A stretch of DNA of 64,000 bases from Pseudomonadota bacterium (lineage in GTDB: Bacteria; Bdellovibrionota; Bdellovibrionia; Bdellovibrionales; Bdellovibrionaceae). The stretch is taken from the NCBI GenBank assembly GCA_041178425.1, contig JBEGVH010000016.1:1-64000 (forward strand), in the 5' to 3' direction. The translations under genes and the position numbers were made by a program. The notes under the pieces were generated by a model. It was not told where the DNA came from. It saw nothing but the letters and a program-made list of their open reading frames with translations, and made no database searches. Positions 10,802-20,389 of this stretch are shown in pieces (position 1 is the stretch's first letter; every line of letters starts with the position of its first letter).

Positions 10802-11431
10802 TTAAATCAAAACCAAATGGCGTTCTACATCAAGGACAGGCGATGAAAGAGGAATAATTTCAGCTTTCAGATCCTTAAATTTTTTTATCGCATCAGCTAA
10901 TTCCTCTTCAATTTTTTCACGCCGGCCCTTCAATAGAAAAAATCGACCACCCTTAAGATAATATGAGCGACTCATTTCTAAAATCACATCGGTTGGTTTA
11001 AAGGCTCGGGCGATTACCAAGTCAATTCCATTCAAATCTACAGGAATTTCGCCATGCACACGTAGATTGGGAGCGATCGCCGAGCAACGCTTTAGAAAAG
11101 CCTGTTTTTTTGGACTTTTCTCGTAGAGATGAAACTGAACGTCCGGAAAATTGATGGCATAGAGAACACCGGGAAGCCCTCCTCCCGATCCAAAGTCAGC
11201 CACCGACTTGATGTCTTTCGGCAACGATTTCAACGGCAATAAACAGTCAATAAGATGATTATTGATAAGATCGGTAAAGGGCATCTGACGACTGAAAAGA
11301 TTCAGCTCTTCATTGGCCCGCCAAAGTAGTTCAATATAGGCCTTCAAAGAAGGAATTGCCGATTCTCTAAATCCTAAATTCAAAATCACAGGAATTTTTT
11401 GGTTCAATTCATTCATAGTAACTTCAACCAT
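10802..11431 (-). CDS. rsmG: 16S rRNA m7G527 methyltransferase (GidB)
   Basis: Motifs N..LNL, HLIDCL, DFGSGGGLPG, ARAF, LKG and ERHLV. Confidence 0.88.
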   Translation of the reverse strand: MVEVTMNELNQKIPVILNLGFRESAIPSLKAYIELLWRANEELNLFSRQMPFTDLINNHLIDCLLPLKSLPKDIKSVADFGSGGGLPGVLYAINFPDVQFHLYEKSPKKQAFLKRCSAIAPNLRVHGEIPVDLNGIDLVIARAFKPTDVILEMSRSYYLKGGRFFLLKGRREKIEEELADAIKKFKDLKAEIIPLSSPVLDVERHLVLI

Positions 11432-11433
11432 TC

Positions 11434-12729
11434 TTATTTTAAACTCGCCGGAATATTAATTCTAATGCCTTGGGATGCCAAATACTTTAGGGCCTCTTCC
11501 ATCGATCTCATCGGCTCGAGTCGGTCCAATTTGGGTCCCCAAAACAGAGGTGACGTGGAATCGAAGTCACCAAGGTGATAACGAACAGTATGTAGAGCGC
11601 GATAAATCTCTCGGTCCATTTGGTTTTGGCGAAGGTGAGCCCACAGAGTCTCAAAAATTAATACCTCAGGAGAAGCTGGTCCTTTCACACACCAAAACTC
11701 AAGCTTTAGTGTGGAAGAAATGATCGGCGCCACTGGCCCTCCGGTCGCCTGCTCAGACCCCGGACGAAAATAAAATCGAGTATCAACCCTGCGCTTATCG
11801 GCTACGGCATACGATTGTCCTATGACAAGGTTATCGATACCCCCCGGTTTGTAGGGACCACCTGCTTCAGCCATTAATAATTCACGCGCATAGGGAAGAC
11901 GAAACCCTCTTCTCTTACAATAGCCATTCGCTTCTTCCCAACTGTAACCCGCTGATCGATTGGGGTTAGCCGGCATGGGTAACCAAGACAAACTGCGCTG
12001 CGAAGAATTCCAGTCGGAATAGATGTTTTTTTGAAAAAAATCAAATACCTCTTTAGCAAGCTTATCAATAGCTTCAACCAGAGAACCCGAAACCACAAAT
12101 GATCTCAACTCCCCGCTGAGATAACCCTTCAGATGATACGTCAACTGAAATTGCCCGCGACCAAGGTGAGAAAATGTACCGTAGGACACATAATCAATTC
12201 CAGAAAAAGCCTTAATAGCCTTACTCGGAATGAACGATCTCCCTTCAAGCTGGGATAGATAACTACGCACCTGCCCCTCAACATAACCACTAACAAGAGA
12301 AAATTGCCGATGAGTGTCTCTGATGTCGTAAGTTCTAAAAAGTCTGTCGAGCGCCGATTTAAACTGGGCCTCGATCGACAGGTCGACGCCATAGAGATCC
12401 CTCTCTTTATTCGAATCATGCGCCCTATCAAACATAATTAATAAATGGGCCAGCGCCTCTGCACTGGTATCAACTGGGTAACCATAAGCTCCCAATCGCT
12501 CATAATAAGCAAGCATCTGTGACCAGTAAATAGCCCTCACTTCTTCGCGACTCTTGGCTATGCTATCTTGATACTGGCCCAAATCACCTAGAGCATAAAA
12601 TGGAATAGACGACCAAATATGTTTAACGTTGTGGTGTGATACTTTTTTTGCTTCATCAATTTTAGCAAACCCAATCGAGGTCACAAACAGTACTAATGGT
12701 ATGGCTATTTTTTTAACAAAAAGTTTCAT
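11434..12729 (-). CDS. Exported hypothetical protein with a DUF1566/Lcl-like segment
   Basis: GGAG SD before ATG 12729, signal peptide, and WEEANGYC..RGFRLP..REL motif. Confidence 0.6.
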   Translation of the reverse strand: MKLFVKKIAIPLVLFVTSIGFAKIDEAKKVSHHNVKHIWSSIPFYALGDLGQYQDSIAKSREEVRAIYWSQMLAYYERLGAYGYPVDTSAEALAHLLIMFDRAHDSNKERDLYGVDLSIEAQFKSALDRLFRTYDIRDTHRQFSLVSGYVEGQVRSYLSQLEGRSFIPSKAIKAFSGIDYVSYGTFSHLGRGQFQLTYHLKGYLSGELRSFVVSGSLVEAIDKLAKEVFDFFQKNIYSDWNSSQRSLSWLPMPANPNRSAGYSWEEANGYCKRRGFRLPYARELLMAEAGGPYKPGGIDNLVIGQSYAVADKRRVDTRFYFRPGSEQATGGPVAPIISSTLKLEFWCVKGPASPEVLIFETLWAHLRQNQMDREIYRALHTVRYHLGDFDSTSPLFWGPKLDRLEPMRSMEEALKYLASQGIRINIPASLK

Positions 12730-12745
12730 TGAATATCTCCAAACA

Positions 12746-13048
12746 CTAGATGCAATTGGTCTTAAAAACTTCAAAGCCCCGTGAAGTCTGAACAAATTGA
12801 GTGTTGCAAAGTCGTTTCATCACTGAGCCAGTTTGAAGCGACTTAATTTCGATTTTTGTTTCAACACCAAAATTCATTCCTTTTTCAGCTAAAGAGAGGT
12901 CTTGGGCTACAACAGTAAAGGCAAAATCACCGTTATTGAGGAATAACAACTCAACGATATTATCAGAAGCAGCTTTTAAATAACCGTCTAACCTACTGGC
13001 GTTGGCTGATACCGAAAATAAAAGGACGATAGCTATCAATTGTTTCAC
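12746..13048 (-). CDS. Small exported hypothetical protein
   Basis: Signal peptide ending ANA, two Cys, GAGG SD. Confidence 0.55.
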   Translation of the reverse strand: MKQLIAIVLLFSVSANASRLDGYLKAASDNIVELLFLNNGDFAFTVVAQDLSLAEKGMNFGVETKIEIKSLQTGSVMKRLCNTQFVQTSRGFEVFKTNCI

Positions 13049-13225
13049 TTGAACCTCAGAAAAAGGGAGAATTGTCAGAACCCTTAATAGCAGGTTTCAG
13101 GCTAAATGAACATTGATTTACCAGAGGGTAGGTTCTTAGCCTTACCCAGCATCACCTCATCAACATCTTTTTGAATTAATTTCGAGACGAAGAACAAATA
13201 ACGGCATTAAGAGGAGGAAATAGTA

Positions 13226-13828
13226 TCACTGAGGTGTTTCGCGCCTAGATTGGTGCCACCGATAAATAACCACTTCAATCAACATGTAGCCAATCATCAT
13301 AATAAAAATGCCGATACTTTTTAAGAAGGCCCATACTTCTGTCGACCAATAAAAACTCGCAAATGCTGCTAACGTCGCTTGAAAGATAAAAAAGAATCCC
13401 ATCCGCAGCGTTAGGCCAGAGAAAAAAGCCTCCATGGCTTGGTTTACCTGATGACCTTGCTGCCTCATCATCACGACAAGCATTGGTTTTTTTAAAAAAT
13501 AGGACCCTATTAAAAAAACCGCCATAACGAGCTCTAAAATGGCCGGCTGTAATTTAAACCAAACCCCTGATTGAGTGAAATACGAGACGCCCGAAAGACC
13601 AACAATCATACAGTTTGAAAACAAGGTGATTCCGGATGGCCTACGATGGCGCCACCATTCCCAACTCACCTCTAGTATGGCATAAATAATCGAAAGAATC
13701 AGAGCCCAAGTCAGCCCACCCCACTCCTCTACCACAGTAAATAATATTACTGGGAAAAGTGTAAAGATAAGCTGTTGCTTGGCCGACAAGGGCTGCTGTG
13801 CTATTGAAGCTGAGGGTTGTTGATCCAT
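13226..13828 (-). CDS. Inner-membrane septation protein IspZ/YciB family
   Basis: Multiple TM helices with FKLQPAI and STEVWAFLK family motifs. Confidence 0.75.
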   Translation of the reverse strand: MDQQPSASIAQQPLSAKQQLIFTLFPVILFTVVEEWGGLTWALILSIIYAILEVSWEWWRHRRPSGITLFSNCMIVGLSGVSYFTQSGVWFKLQPAILELVMAVFLIGSYFLKKPMLVVMMRQQGHQVNQAMEAFFSGLTLRMGFFFIFQATLAAFASFYWSTEVWAFLKSIGIFIMMIGYMLIEVVIYRWHQSRRETPQ

Positions 13829-13834
13829 TAAAAT

Positions 13835-14902
13835 TTAGAGATAGCCACGTTTTTCTTGGTCACGCTCAATACTCCTGAAAAGTGCTCCAAAATTTCCTTC
13901 CCCAAACGAATAGTGATTTTTTCGCTGAATGATTTCAATAAATATGGGCCCGATGATGTTCTTGGTAAAAATCTGCAAGAGATACCCATGTTCATCTCCA
14001 TCAACAAGAACATTTCGCCGACGGATTTCATCGTGGTTTTCAGTAACTTGCGGAAACTTTTCGAAGACTTCATTGTAATACTGATCATCAATATCCAACA
14101 TTTTAACCTTTGAACCTTCAAGTTTTTTCAAAGAGGCTAAAATATCCTTTGTCAAGAAAGCCAGATGCTGAATTCCAGGCCCCTTATATTCTTCGAGGTA
14201 TTCGTTGATTTGAGATTTAGCTTCGGTGCCTTCATTAATAGGTATACAAAAGCTACCGCACGGTGACTTCAGTGCGTAACTGGTTAGGCCCGTTTTAGCG
14301 CCTCGAATATCAAAATACCTAACTTCGGTGAAGCCGAAAATTTCCTTATAAAACGCGGACCACTTACTCATTGTTCCTTTATAAACATTATTGGTTAAGT
14401 GATCGACACTGAGAAAGCCTTTTTCCTGAACCCTTTTAGGACTAGAGTGCGCAATAAAGCCAAGACGGTCATAGAGCTCTACCGAATTCCATCGATCAAT
14501 TAAATAAATCAGGCTTTCACCGATACCGTAAATTGCAGGGATTGATTTTCCTTCCGCATCAACGAGATCAGTTTTAGCACAAACATTGGCGCCTCTGGCT
14601 TTCGCTACTTCTAGAGCTTTCTGTGCGTTCTCTACTCGCCAACCCATCGAACAGATAGACGGCCCGTGAAGTTGCGCAAACTTTCCGGCGAAAGAATCAT
14701 TTTGTCTATTGAGTAGAAAATGAATATCATTTTGCTCATAGACATCAACCGCTTTTTGAAAATGAGTTTTAGTTAGTGAAAATCCAAACTCTATGAATAA
14801 TTGATCAAGAGATTCATGTAGCGGAGAAGAAAATTCAACAAATTCGATTCCCTCAAGTCCGATCGGATTTAGTTCATTATCTATATTTATATTATTAGTC
14901 AT
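13835..14902 (-). CDS. hppD: 4-hydroxyphenylpyruvate dioxygenase
   Basis: Motifs DHLTNNV, GPGIQHLAF, LLQIFT, FIEIIQR and FGEGNF.ALF.SIE. Confidence 0.96.
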   Translation of the reverse strand: MTNNINIDNELNPIGLEGIEFVEFSSPLHESLDQLFIEFGFSLTKTHFQKAVDVYEQNDIHFLLNRQNDSFAGKFAQLHGPSICSMGWRVENAQKALEVAKARGANVCAKTDLVDAEGKSIPAIYGIGESLIYLIDRWNSVELYDRLGFIAHSSPKRVQEKGFLSVDHLTNNVYKGTMSKWSAFYKEIFGFTEVRYFDIRGAKTGLTSYALKSPCGSFCIPINEGTEAKSQINEYLEEYKGPGIQHLAFLTKDILASLKKLEGSKVKMLDIDDQYYNEVFEKFPQVTENHDEIRRRNVLVDGDEHGYLLQIFTKNIIGPIFIEIIQRKNHYSFGEGNFGALFRSIERDQEKRGYL

Positions 14903-14913
14903 GAAAACCTCCT

Positions 14914-16026
14914 CTATTTTGTTTTCCAGCTTTGCCAGTACTCTTTACTTTCAGTGGGAGCCATTAATGATGAAACCTTAAGGGGTCTCTTGGTGTCAAT
15001 CATAACAGCTACCTCTTGGGTGTGGGTGGCATTGGTCGATCGCTTGATGGCCCCCTCTTGTGGTCCGTGATGGATTCCTTGAGGATGAAAGGTCAACATT
15101 CCAGGGGCAATTCCTGTTCGACTAAAAAAGTCTCCGTCGTGATAAAATAGAACTTCATCAAAATCGATGTTTGAATGATAAAAAGGAACCTTCATAGCCT
15201 TAGGATCACCATTTTCTAGGGGTCTTGGTAAAAATGAGCAGACCACGAAGTTTTGTGCAACGAAGGTAATATGGGCTGTAGGAGGCAAGTGATATCGGTC
15301 ACAGGAGATAGGCCGAATATCCCGAACATTGATTTTCCAAGCTGTGAGTGTACCCTTCCAACCAACTACATCCAATGGGTCATAGGGGTAAAATATCTTG
15401 GTCAATTCCCCACAGCGCTTTACTTGGATTTCATATTCGGGTTTGCTAGTCGGCGCTCCGGCCTTGGTCGAATAAGGTTCAGGGACCGTGACCACTGCTG
15501 GGTCAAAAAGGGCGTGCTGACCAAGAACCCCTTTCTCAGGAAGAGTTAATTCACTCGCTGACTCTAACAACAAAAACTGACTCGCTGTTGCCATTTCAAG
15601 GGAGTAAAGAGTTCCTCTTGGAATAATCAAATAGTCTCCTTTTTCGTAACAAAGCGGCCCATAGTCTGTTTGAAAAACTCCTGTGCCCTCATGACAGAAC
15701 CAAAGTTCATCGCCATCGGCATTTCTGAAGTAAGCCTCGGGTGCTTTGTCAGCTTTAAAATACATGACTTGGACGTCGTCATTAAAGAGCATCGACTGAC
15801 GCATGAGCAGCCAGTTTTGCGACTCTTTGCCATTGAGCTTCTGAAGATCAAACAATTGCGGCTTTAATGGACCTTCAATTCTGCTCCACCCTACGGGTGC
15901 ATTTTCGCGATATAAATGGGCGTACTTTCCAAAAAAGCCGTCACGCCCAACCTCTTCTTCATAAAGTCCGTCGGGGATATTGACGTGAGCCTGTCGAGTT
16001 ACAACACCTTTTACGTAGGGAATCAT
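14914..16026 (-). CDS. hmgA: Homogentisate 1,2-dioxygenase
   Basis: Motifs NADGDE, HLPPTAH, PFYHSNIDFDEVLFY and HPQGIHHGP. Confidence 0.94.
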   Translation of the reverse strand: MIPYVKGVVTRQAHVNIPDGLYEEEVGRDGFFGKYAHLYRENAPVGWSRIEGPLKPQLFDLQKLNGKESQNWLLMRQSMLFNDDVQVMYFKADKAPEAYFRNADGDELWFCHEGTGVFQTDYGPLCYEKGDYLIIPRGTLYSLEMATASQFLLLESASELTLPEKGVLGQHALFDPAVVTVPEPYSTKAGAPTSKPEYEIQVKRCGELTKIFYPYDPLDVVGWKGTLTAWKINVRDIRPISCDRYHLPPTAHITFVAQNFVVCSFLPRPLENGDPKAMKVPFYHSNIDFDEVLFYHDGDFFSRTGIAPGMLTFHPQGIHHGPQEGAIKRSTNATHTQEVAVMIDTKRPLKVSSLMAPTESKEYWQSWKTK

Positions 16027-16124
16027 AGCACTACCTCCTTAAGATAGCCTATCCTACAAAAAGACGATAAAAATGAAAGTTCATCTTCTTTGCAAAGACT
16101 GTTCAAAATTTTTACTGAGTTAAT

Positions 16125-17018
16125 CTACTGATGAAGCCACATTGAATCGACAATCATTGACTTTGTTATCGCAAATAAAGGGTCATTGGCTAAGCTAGAA
16201 CGAGCTGAGTAAAAAACGGGAAATTGCTTTTCATGGTCACCGGCCTCGCGAAAAAATACCATTTCTTTATTTTTTAGTTCTTCGAATACAAGGTGCTCAG
16301 GCATCCAACCCAAACCTAAGCCTTTCAAGATGGCCTCTTTTTTTGAATAAAAATCATTAACGACATAGTTACCACCCGCCAATTGAACATCAGAACTTAA
16401 AGGCCAATGGGCATCGATGCCTCTCACCACAATCAAGTTATCAAACAACCACTGTTTGACCTGATCTGCCTCTAAACTTTTATTGCGCAAAATGGGATGT
16501 TTTTTTTTAATGACTAAATAAGATCGAAGAGATCCCAATGGTTGAGAAACTAGATCTCTACTTTCAGGGAGAGCAAGGCTTAACATAAAATCAGACTCTT
16601 CACGCCAGAAAGTTTTCTCAACTTGCCTTAAACTATCACTTAAAAAATGAATACTTAGTGGTGTTTTTTTTTGCAGATCACTTGCAATCTCGAGCAGTAC
16701 GTTTGATGGAAAAAATGCATCGTAAACTAGATTCCATCGCCCCAATCCGCCACTTTTTATTTGACGGCTCTTTTGCAACAGCCTCTCTTCAGCCTCCACA
16801 AAGCGACGTGCTTCGACTAAAAAGATTTCGCCTTTGGCTGTAAGACGACTGCGATAACCTTCTCGCTCCAAAACCATGAAGCCTAAGTGACTCTCAAGCT
16901 GCTTAATCTGATAGAGTATCGCCGTATGAGTTTTGTGGAGTTTGCGAGCGGCTGCCGTGATACTTCCCATATCGGCAACCGCAATGATGGCGCGAACTTG
17001 ATCGAGGGAGATTTCCAT
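16125..17018 (-). CDS. LysR-family transcriptional regulator
   Basis: N-terminal HTH GSITAAARKLH...QIKQLE; GLGLGWMP. Confidence 0.88.
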   Translation of the reverse strand: MEISLDQVRAIIAVADMGSITAAARKLHKTHTAILYQIKQLESHLGFMVLEREGYRSRLTAKGEIFLVEARRFVEAEERLLQKSRQIKSGGLGRWNLVYDAFFPSNVLLEIASDLQKKTPLSIHFLSDSLRQVEKTFWREESDFMLSLALPESRDLVSQPLGSLRSYLVIKKKHPILRNKSLEADQVKQWLFDNLIVVRGIDAHWPLSSDVQLAGGNYVVNDFYSKKEAILKGLGLGWMPEHLVFEELKNKEMVFFREAGDHEKQFPVFYSARSSLANDPLFAITKSMIVDSMWLHQ

Positions 17019-17047
17019 ATCGAATTCCCCTACTAGGTTAGAAAATT

Positions 17048-17074
17048 ACTTTGGGCTCCCGAAGAGTCCAAAGT
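17048..17074. terminator. Hairpin/terminator downstream of trxA
   Basis: ACTTTGGGCTC-CCGAA-GAGTCCAAAGT flanked by short A/T runs. Confidence 0.55.
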
Positions 17075-17079
17075 TTTTC

Positions 17080-17406
17080 TTAGATGTGTTTATTAAGTGC
17101 GGTAACAATAGCATCTTTTGCCACGTTGCCAACAATCTGCTCTACAAGTTCCCCGTTCTTGAATACCAGCATAGTTGGTATACCACGAACACCGTATTTG
17201 GCCGCGTGATCTCTATTTTCATCAACATTAACTTTCACAATGGCGGCCTTTCCGACCATTTCGCCAGCCACTTCTTCAAGTTTAGGAGCTAATGCACGAC
17301 AGGGTCCACACCACTCTGCCCAGAAATCAACCAGAACGGGTTGAGACGATTTTAAAACTGTTTCTTCAAACTGTGCATCAGTAATATTTTGAATGTTTGC
17401 AGCCAC
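17080..17406 (-). CDS. trxA: Thioredoxin
   Basis: WCGPC and GIPT motifs. GGAGG SD before GTG 17406. Confidence 0.95.
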   Translation of the reverse strand: MAANIQNITDAQFEETVLKSSQPVLVDFWAEWCGPCRALAPKLEEVAGEMVGKAAIVKVNVDENRDHAAKYGVRGIPTMLVFKNGELVEQIVGNVAKDAIVTALNKHI

Positions 17407-17459
17407 ATTTTCCTCCAAGGTAGACCCTAATAAATAGAGCCTGGGCGAGGCATGGGCAA

Positions 17460-18161
17460 TTATTTTTTACGAAAAAGTTCATTTACAAAGCGACGTTTTT
17501 CTTCATCCAGTTCGTCTAGCTTACCTTGATCCCAATCTTCTTGCATTTTTGCAACTTTCTTGAGCGCCTCTTGTTTGGTAATCGAACTTTTCGCAGGAAT
17601 TTTGATATCTTTAGTAAGCTCTTTGTAGGCCCTAGATCGAGCCTGCGGATCAACCGAAGTTCCAAATTTACCGCCAAAAACAGACACTTTTTCATTCCCC
17701 TCAGAGGGTTTTGCACCAGTGACTAAGATGTTTTTTTCAATTTCTTGTGCAGAGCTAGAAGATGATAGCTTAACAAATTTTTCAACCAAATCGGGAAAAT
17801 TTTCTTTTTTAACCAATTGATTCAGGGTTGAAACTAAACGCATAGGCTCTACGGGACTTTCAATAAAGGCGTCAAACTTGTTCTCAGCCAGCTGTTGAAG
17901 ATTTATCTTTAACCCTTTTCCAAGCAGCAAAATTACGCTCATCGTGCTTCCGGTTTCTCTCACTCTTAAGGAAACATTTTGTGGATTGATTTTTTTTCCC
18001 GTTCCCGCCGTAATAACGACGTCAGGACGAAATGAAATTAATTGATCTCTGACTCCGAGCTCTACGCTTATCGACTCAATAATGCATCCGAGTTTAAGCA
18101 AAATCAGTTTGATCGAGTTGAGCTGATTGACGTCTTCGATTGCAAGTAGAATTCGCAGCAT
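17460..18161 (-). CDS. Hypothetical protein with a degenerate receiver-like domain
   Basis: Begins MLRILLAIED and has a receiver-like pattern (RPDVVI, FIESP) without the canonical phospho-Asp/Lys. Confidence 0.55.
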   Translation of the reverse strand: MLRILLAIEDVNQLNSIKLILLKLGCIIESISVELGVRDQLISFRPDVVITAGTGKKINPQNVSLRVRETGSTMSVILLLGKGLKINLQQLAENKFDAFIESPVEPMRLVSTLNQLVKKENFPDLVEKFVKLSSSSSAQEIEKNILVTGAKPSEGNEKVSVFGGKFGTSVDPQARSRAYKELTKDIKIPAKSSITKQEALKKVAKMQEDWDQGKLDELDEEKRRFVNELFRKK

Positions 18162-18349
18162 GCTTTACTCTCCACCCCTTGAATTATACCAAATCAATGT
18201 GTCTTCGAAATTCGAAATAATGAGGGCTCCAAACTATTTCGCAAAACTCAACTTTTGTCTAACTTGATCGAGACGAAACTAGGAACTATTCCTCGGCGCG
18301 ACAATCAGGAACCTTGAAACTAGACCCAGAAGGTGAAAAGATCAAATCC

Positions 18350-19450
18350 ATGAGTTGGCATTTCTCCTTCACATCCTTTCGCTATCTCCTTTTTGAACTT
18401 CTCCCTAGTTTTATTCTTGGGAATTTGGTTTTCATTTTTGTGATATTGATGTTTCAGGGGCTGAAGTTTGCAGAATTCGCACTTATCCATGGTGTGGGTG
18501 GGCGAACGCTTATTGAAATCCTTTTTTATATGACTATCAGTTTACTGCCCGCCATTTTGCCAATGAGTTTACTTTTTGCAGTCGTGATGACATTCGCCCG
18601 CCTCAGTAGTGACTCCGAAATTGTGGCCCTACGTGCTTCTGGCCTTAGTCTTACACAAATCATGCTTCCGGTCGTCTTGATTGGCGGGCTCACGAGTTAT
18701 GCCTCTGCTCAACTTGCTTTTGATATAGCCCCTTGGGGTAATCGAAAATTTGAGGTTTTGATAAGCCAACTTAGCAATACCAAAGCGGCCATAAATCTTA
18801 AAGAAGGAACCTTTATGGAAGGGTTCTTTGATATGGTGGTTTATGCCTCAAAGGTACATCCTGAGTCTGGTGAACTTGACCATATCTTTATCTACGATGA
18901 GCGCCAAACGCCTCCAATAACTATTATCGCCAAAAAAGGCTTCATGAGCCAAAACTCCCAAATCACTGGTCAGCAGGTAAACCTAGAGCTTCATGAGGGG
19001 GATATTCATAGAAAAACTTTAACCCATACAAAGATTAATTTTGGAAAGTTCTTTATTTCTCTCAACGAAAACTACCAACTGAGAGAGAAAGATAAAACCC
19101 TTCAAAGCATGTCGCTTGATGAGCTAAAAAAAGCAAGAAAATCAGACCAACTCGATACAAAAACTCAACGATCTTATGACGTCGAATACCATCGTAGAAT
19201 TGCTATCTCCGTCGCCTGTTTATTGTTTGCTATGCTCGGAAGTGCTCTAGGTATCAACAATCAGAGACGAAGCGGCAGAGGCTCGGGTCTGGTCTTAGCC
19301 CTATCAGTAATTGTCATTTACTGGGTTCTGTTTGTCAGTGCAGAGGCTACTGCTCGCACAGTGAAGGCACCCGCAGCCCTCCTCATTTGGATACCGAATT
19401 TAATATTCATTTTTCTCACGGCCAGCGCTTTAAAAAAGCAGTCAATTTAA
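18350..19450 (+). CDS. lptF: LPS export permease, LptF/LptG family
   Basis: 3+3 TM layout with RLSSDSEIVALRASGLS, EYHRRIA and WIPNL. Confidence 0.85.
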   Translation: MSWHFSFTSFRYLLFELLPSFILGNLVFIFVILMFQGLKFAEFALIHGVGGRTLIEILFYMTISLLPAILPMSLLFAVVMTFARLSSDSEIVALRASGLSLTQIMLPVVLIGGLTSYASAQLAFDIAPWGNRKFEVLISQLSNTKAAINLKEGTFMEGFFDMVVYASKVHPESGELDHIFIYDERQTPPITIIAKKGFMSQNSQITGQQVNLELHEGDIHRKTLTHTKINFGKFFISLNENYQLREKDKTLQSMSLDELKKARKSDQLDTKTQRSYDVEYHRRIAISVACLLFAMLGSALGINNQRRSGRGSGLVLALSVIVIYWVLFVSAEATARTVKAPAALLIWIPNLIFIFLTASALKKQSI

Positions 19451-20316
19451 TTTGTTTTTCCTTTAGCGCTCATCATGCAAAAAAGATCGATTTGATCAAC
19501 GATGGGAGTAACCCCCGAACGAATCAAACCCAAGTTTCCCGAGAAGGAGGAGTCCATGGGATGCCCAGGAACAACGCCTATGTCTCGTCCTAAATCGATG
19601 GCCCACTGAGCGGTCAACATCGTTCCGCTCCGCTTTTCACCTTGAACCACTAGAACGGCATCTGCCATCGCCGCTAAAAGTCGGTTTCGTTGTATAAAAA
19701 AATGTTTTTGAATTTTAACATCTGGCCAATACTCTGATAAAAAGCATCCGCCCCTTTGTAAAATTTCCTGTTTCCATTCATAAAGCTCCTTTGGATAAAC
19801 CTCCATCAAGCCAGAGGGCAGAATGACATAGGTCGGTCGATGAGCCCTCATCGCACAAAAGTGGGCTGCTTGATCAACCCCTCGCGCTCCACCACTTAAA
19901 ACACAAACAGAAACTTTTTGAAGAAATGAAAAGAGCTCTTCTTGAATCCAGCTTTTAGTCAACGCGCTGATTTTGCGACTTCCAACGACCGCTAATTGTT
20001 TTTCTCGATCCCATTTTGGATCCCCTTCGTACGTTAACCACAAAGGGGGAGAGTCTAAATTGGCAGCGAGCCCCGGAGGATAATCAGTAGCGCCCAGATG
20101 AGTAAACCGAATTCCTCGCTCCGAAAAAAAACTAACCTGATGATTAATGGATGCATGATTATTCTCCCACCAATGAGAGAAATCGGGAGGCCATGATTCT
20201 TGGGTTGTGCCTTCGAGTAAGAGCTTTGCCCCAAGCAGGGCATCTTTTTTCTTATAATAAATCGCTAAACCAAGTGAATTAATGTTTGTAAGTATCATAC
20301 GACAAAGACGTTGCAA
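19447..20316 (-). CDS. dprA: DNA-protecting protein DprA/Smf
   Basis: Motifs AVVGSR, SGGARGVD, FIQRNRLLA, SGTMLTA and VPG. Confidence 0.9.
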   Translation of the reverse strand: MQRLCRMILTNINSLGLAIYYKKKDALLGAKLLLEGTTQESWPPDFSHWWENNHASINHQVSFFSERGIRFTHLGATDYPPGLAANLDSPPLWLTYEGDPKWDREKQLAVVGSRKISALTKSWIQEELFSFLQKVSVCVLSGGARGVDQAAHFCAMRAHRPTYVILPSGLMEVYPKELYEWKQEILQRGGCFLSEYWPDVKIQKHFFIQRNRLLAAMADAVLVVQGEKRSGTMLTAQWAIDLGRDIGVVPGHPMDSSFSGNLGLIRSGVTPIVDQIDLFCMMSAKGKTN

Positions 20317-20389
20317 TTCATGTTCTCACTACAACAGAAATATAATCGTATTTTGATGTCCGAGGCGTCCGAGTTTCGATCGAATGGGT

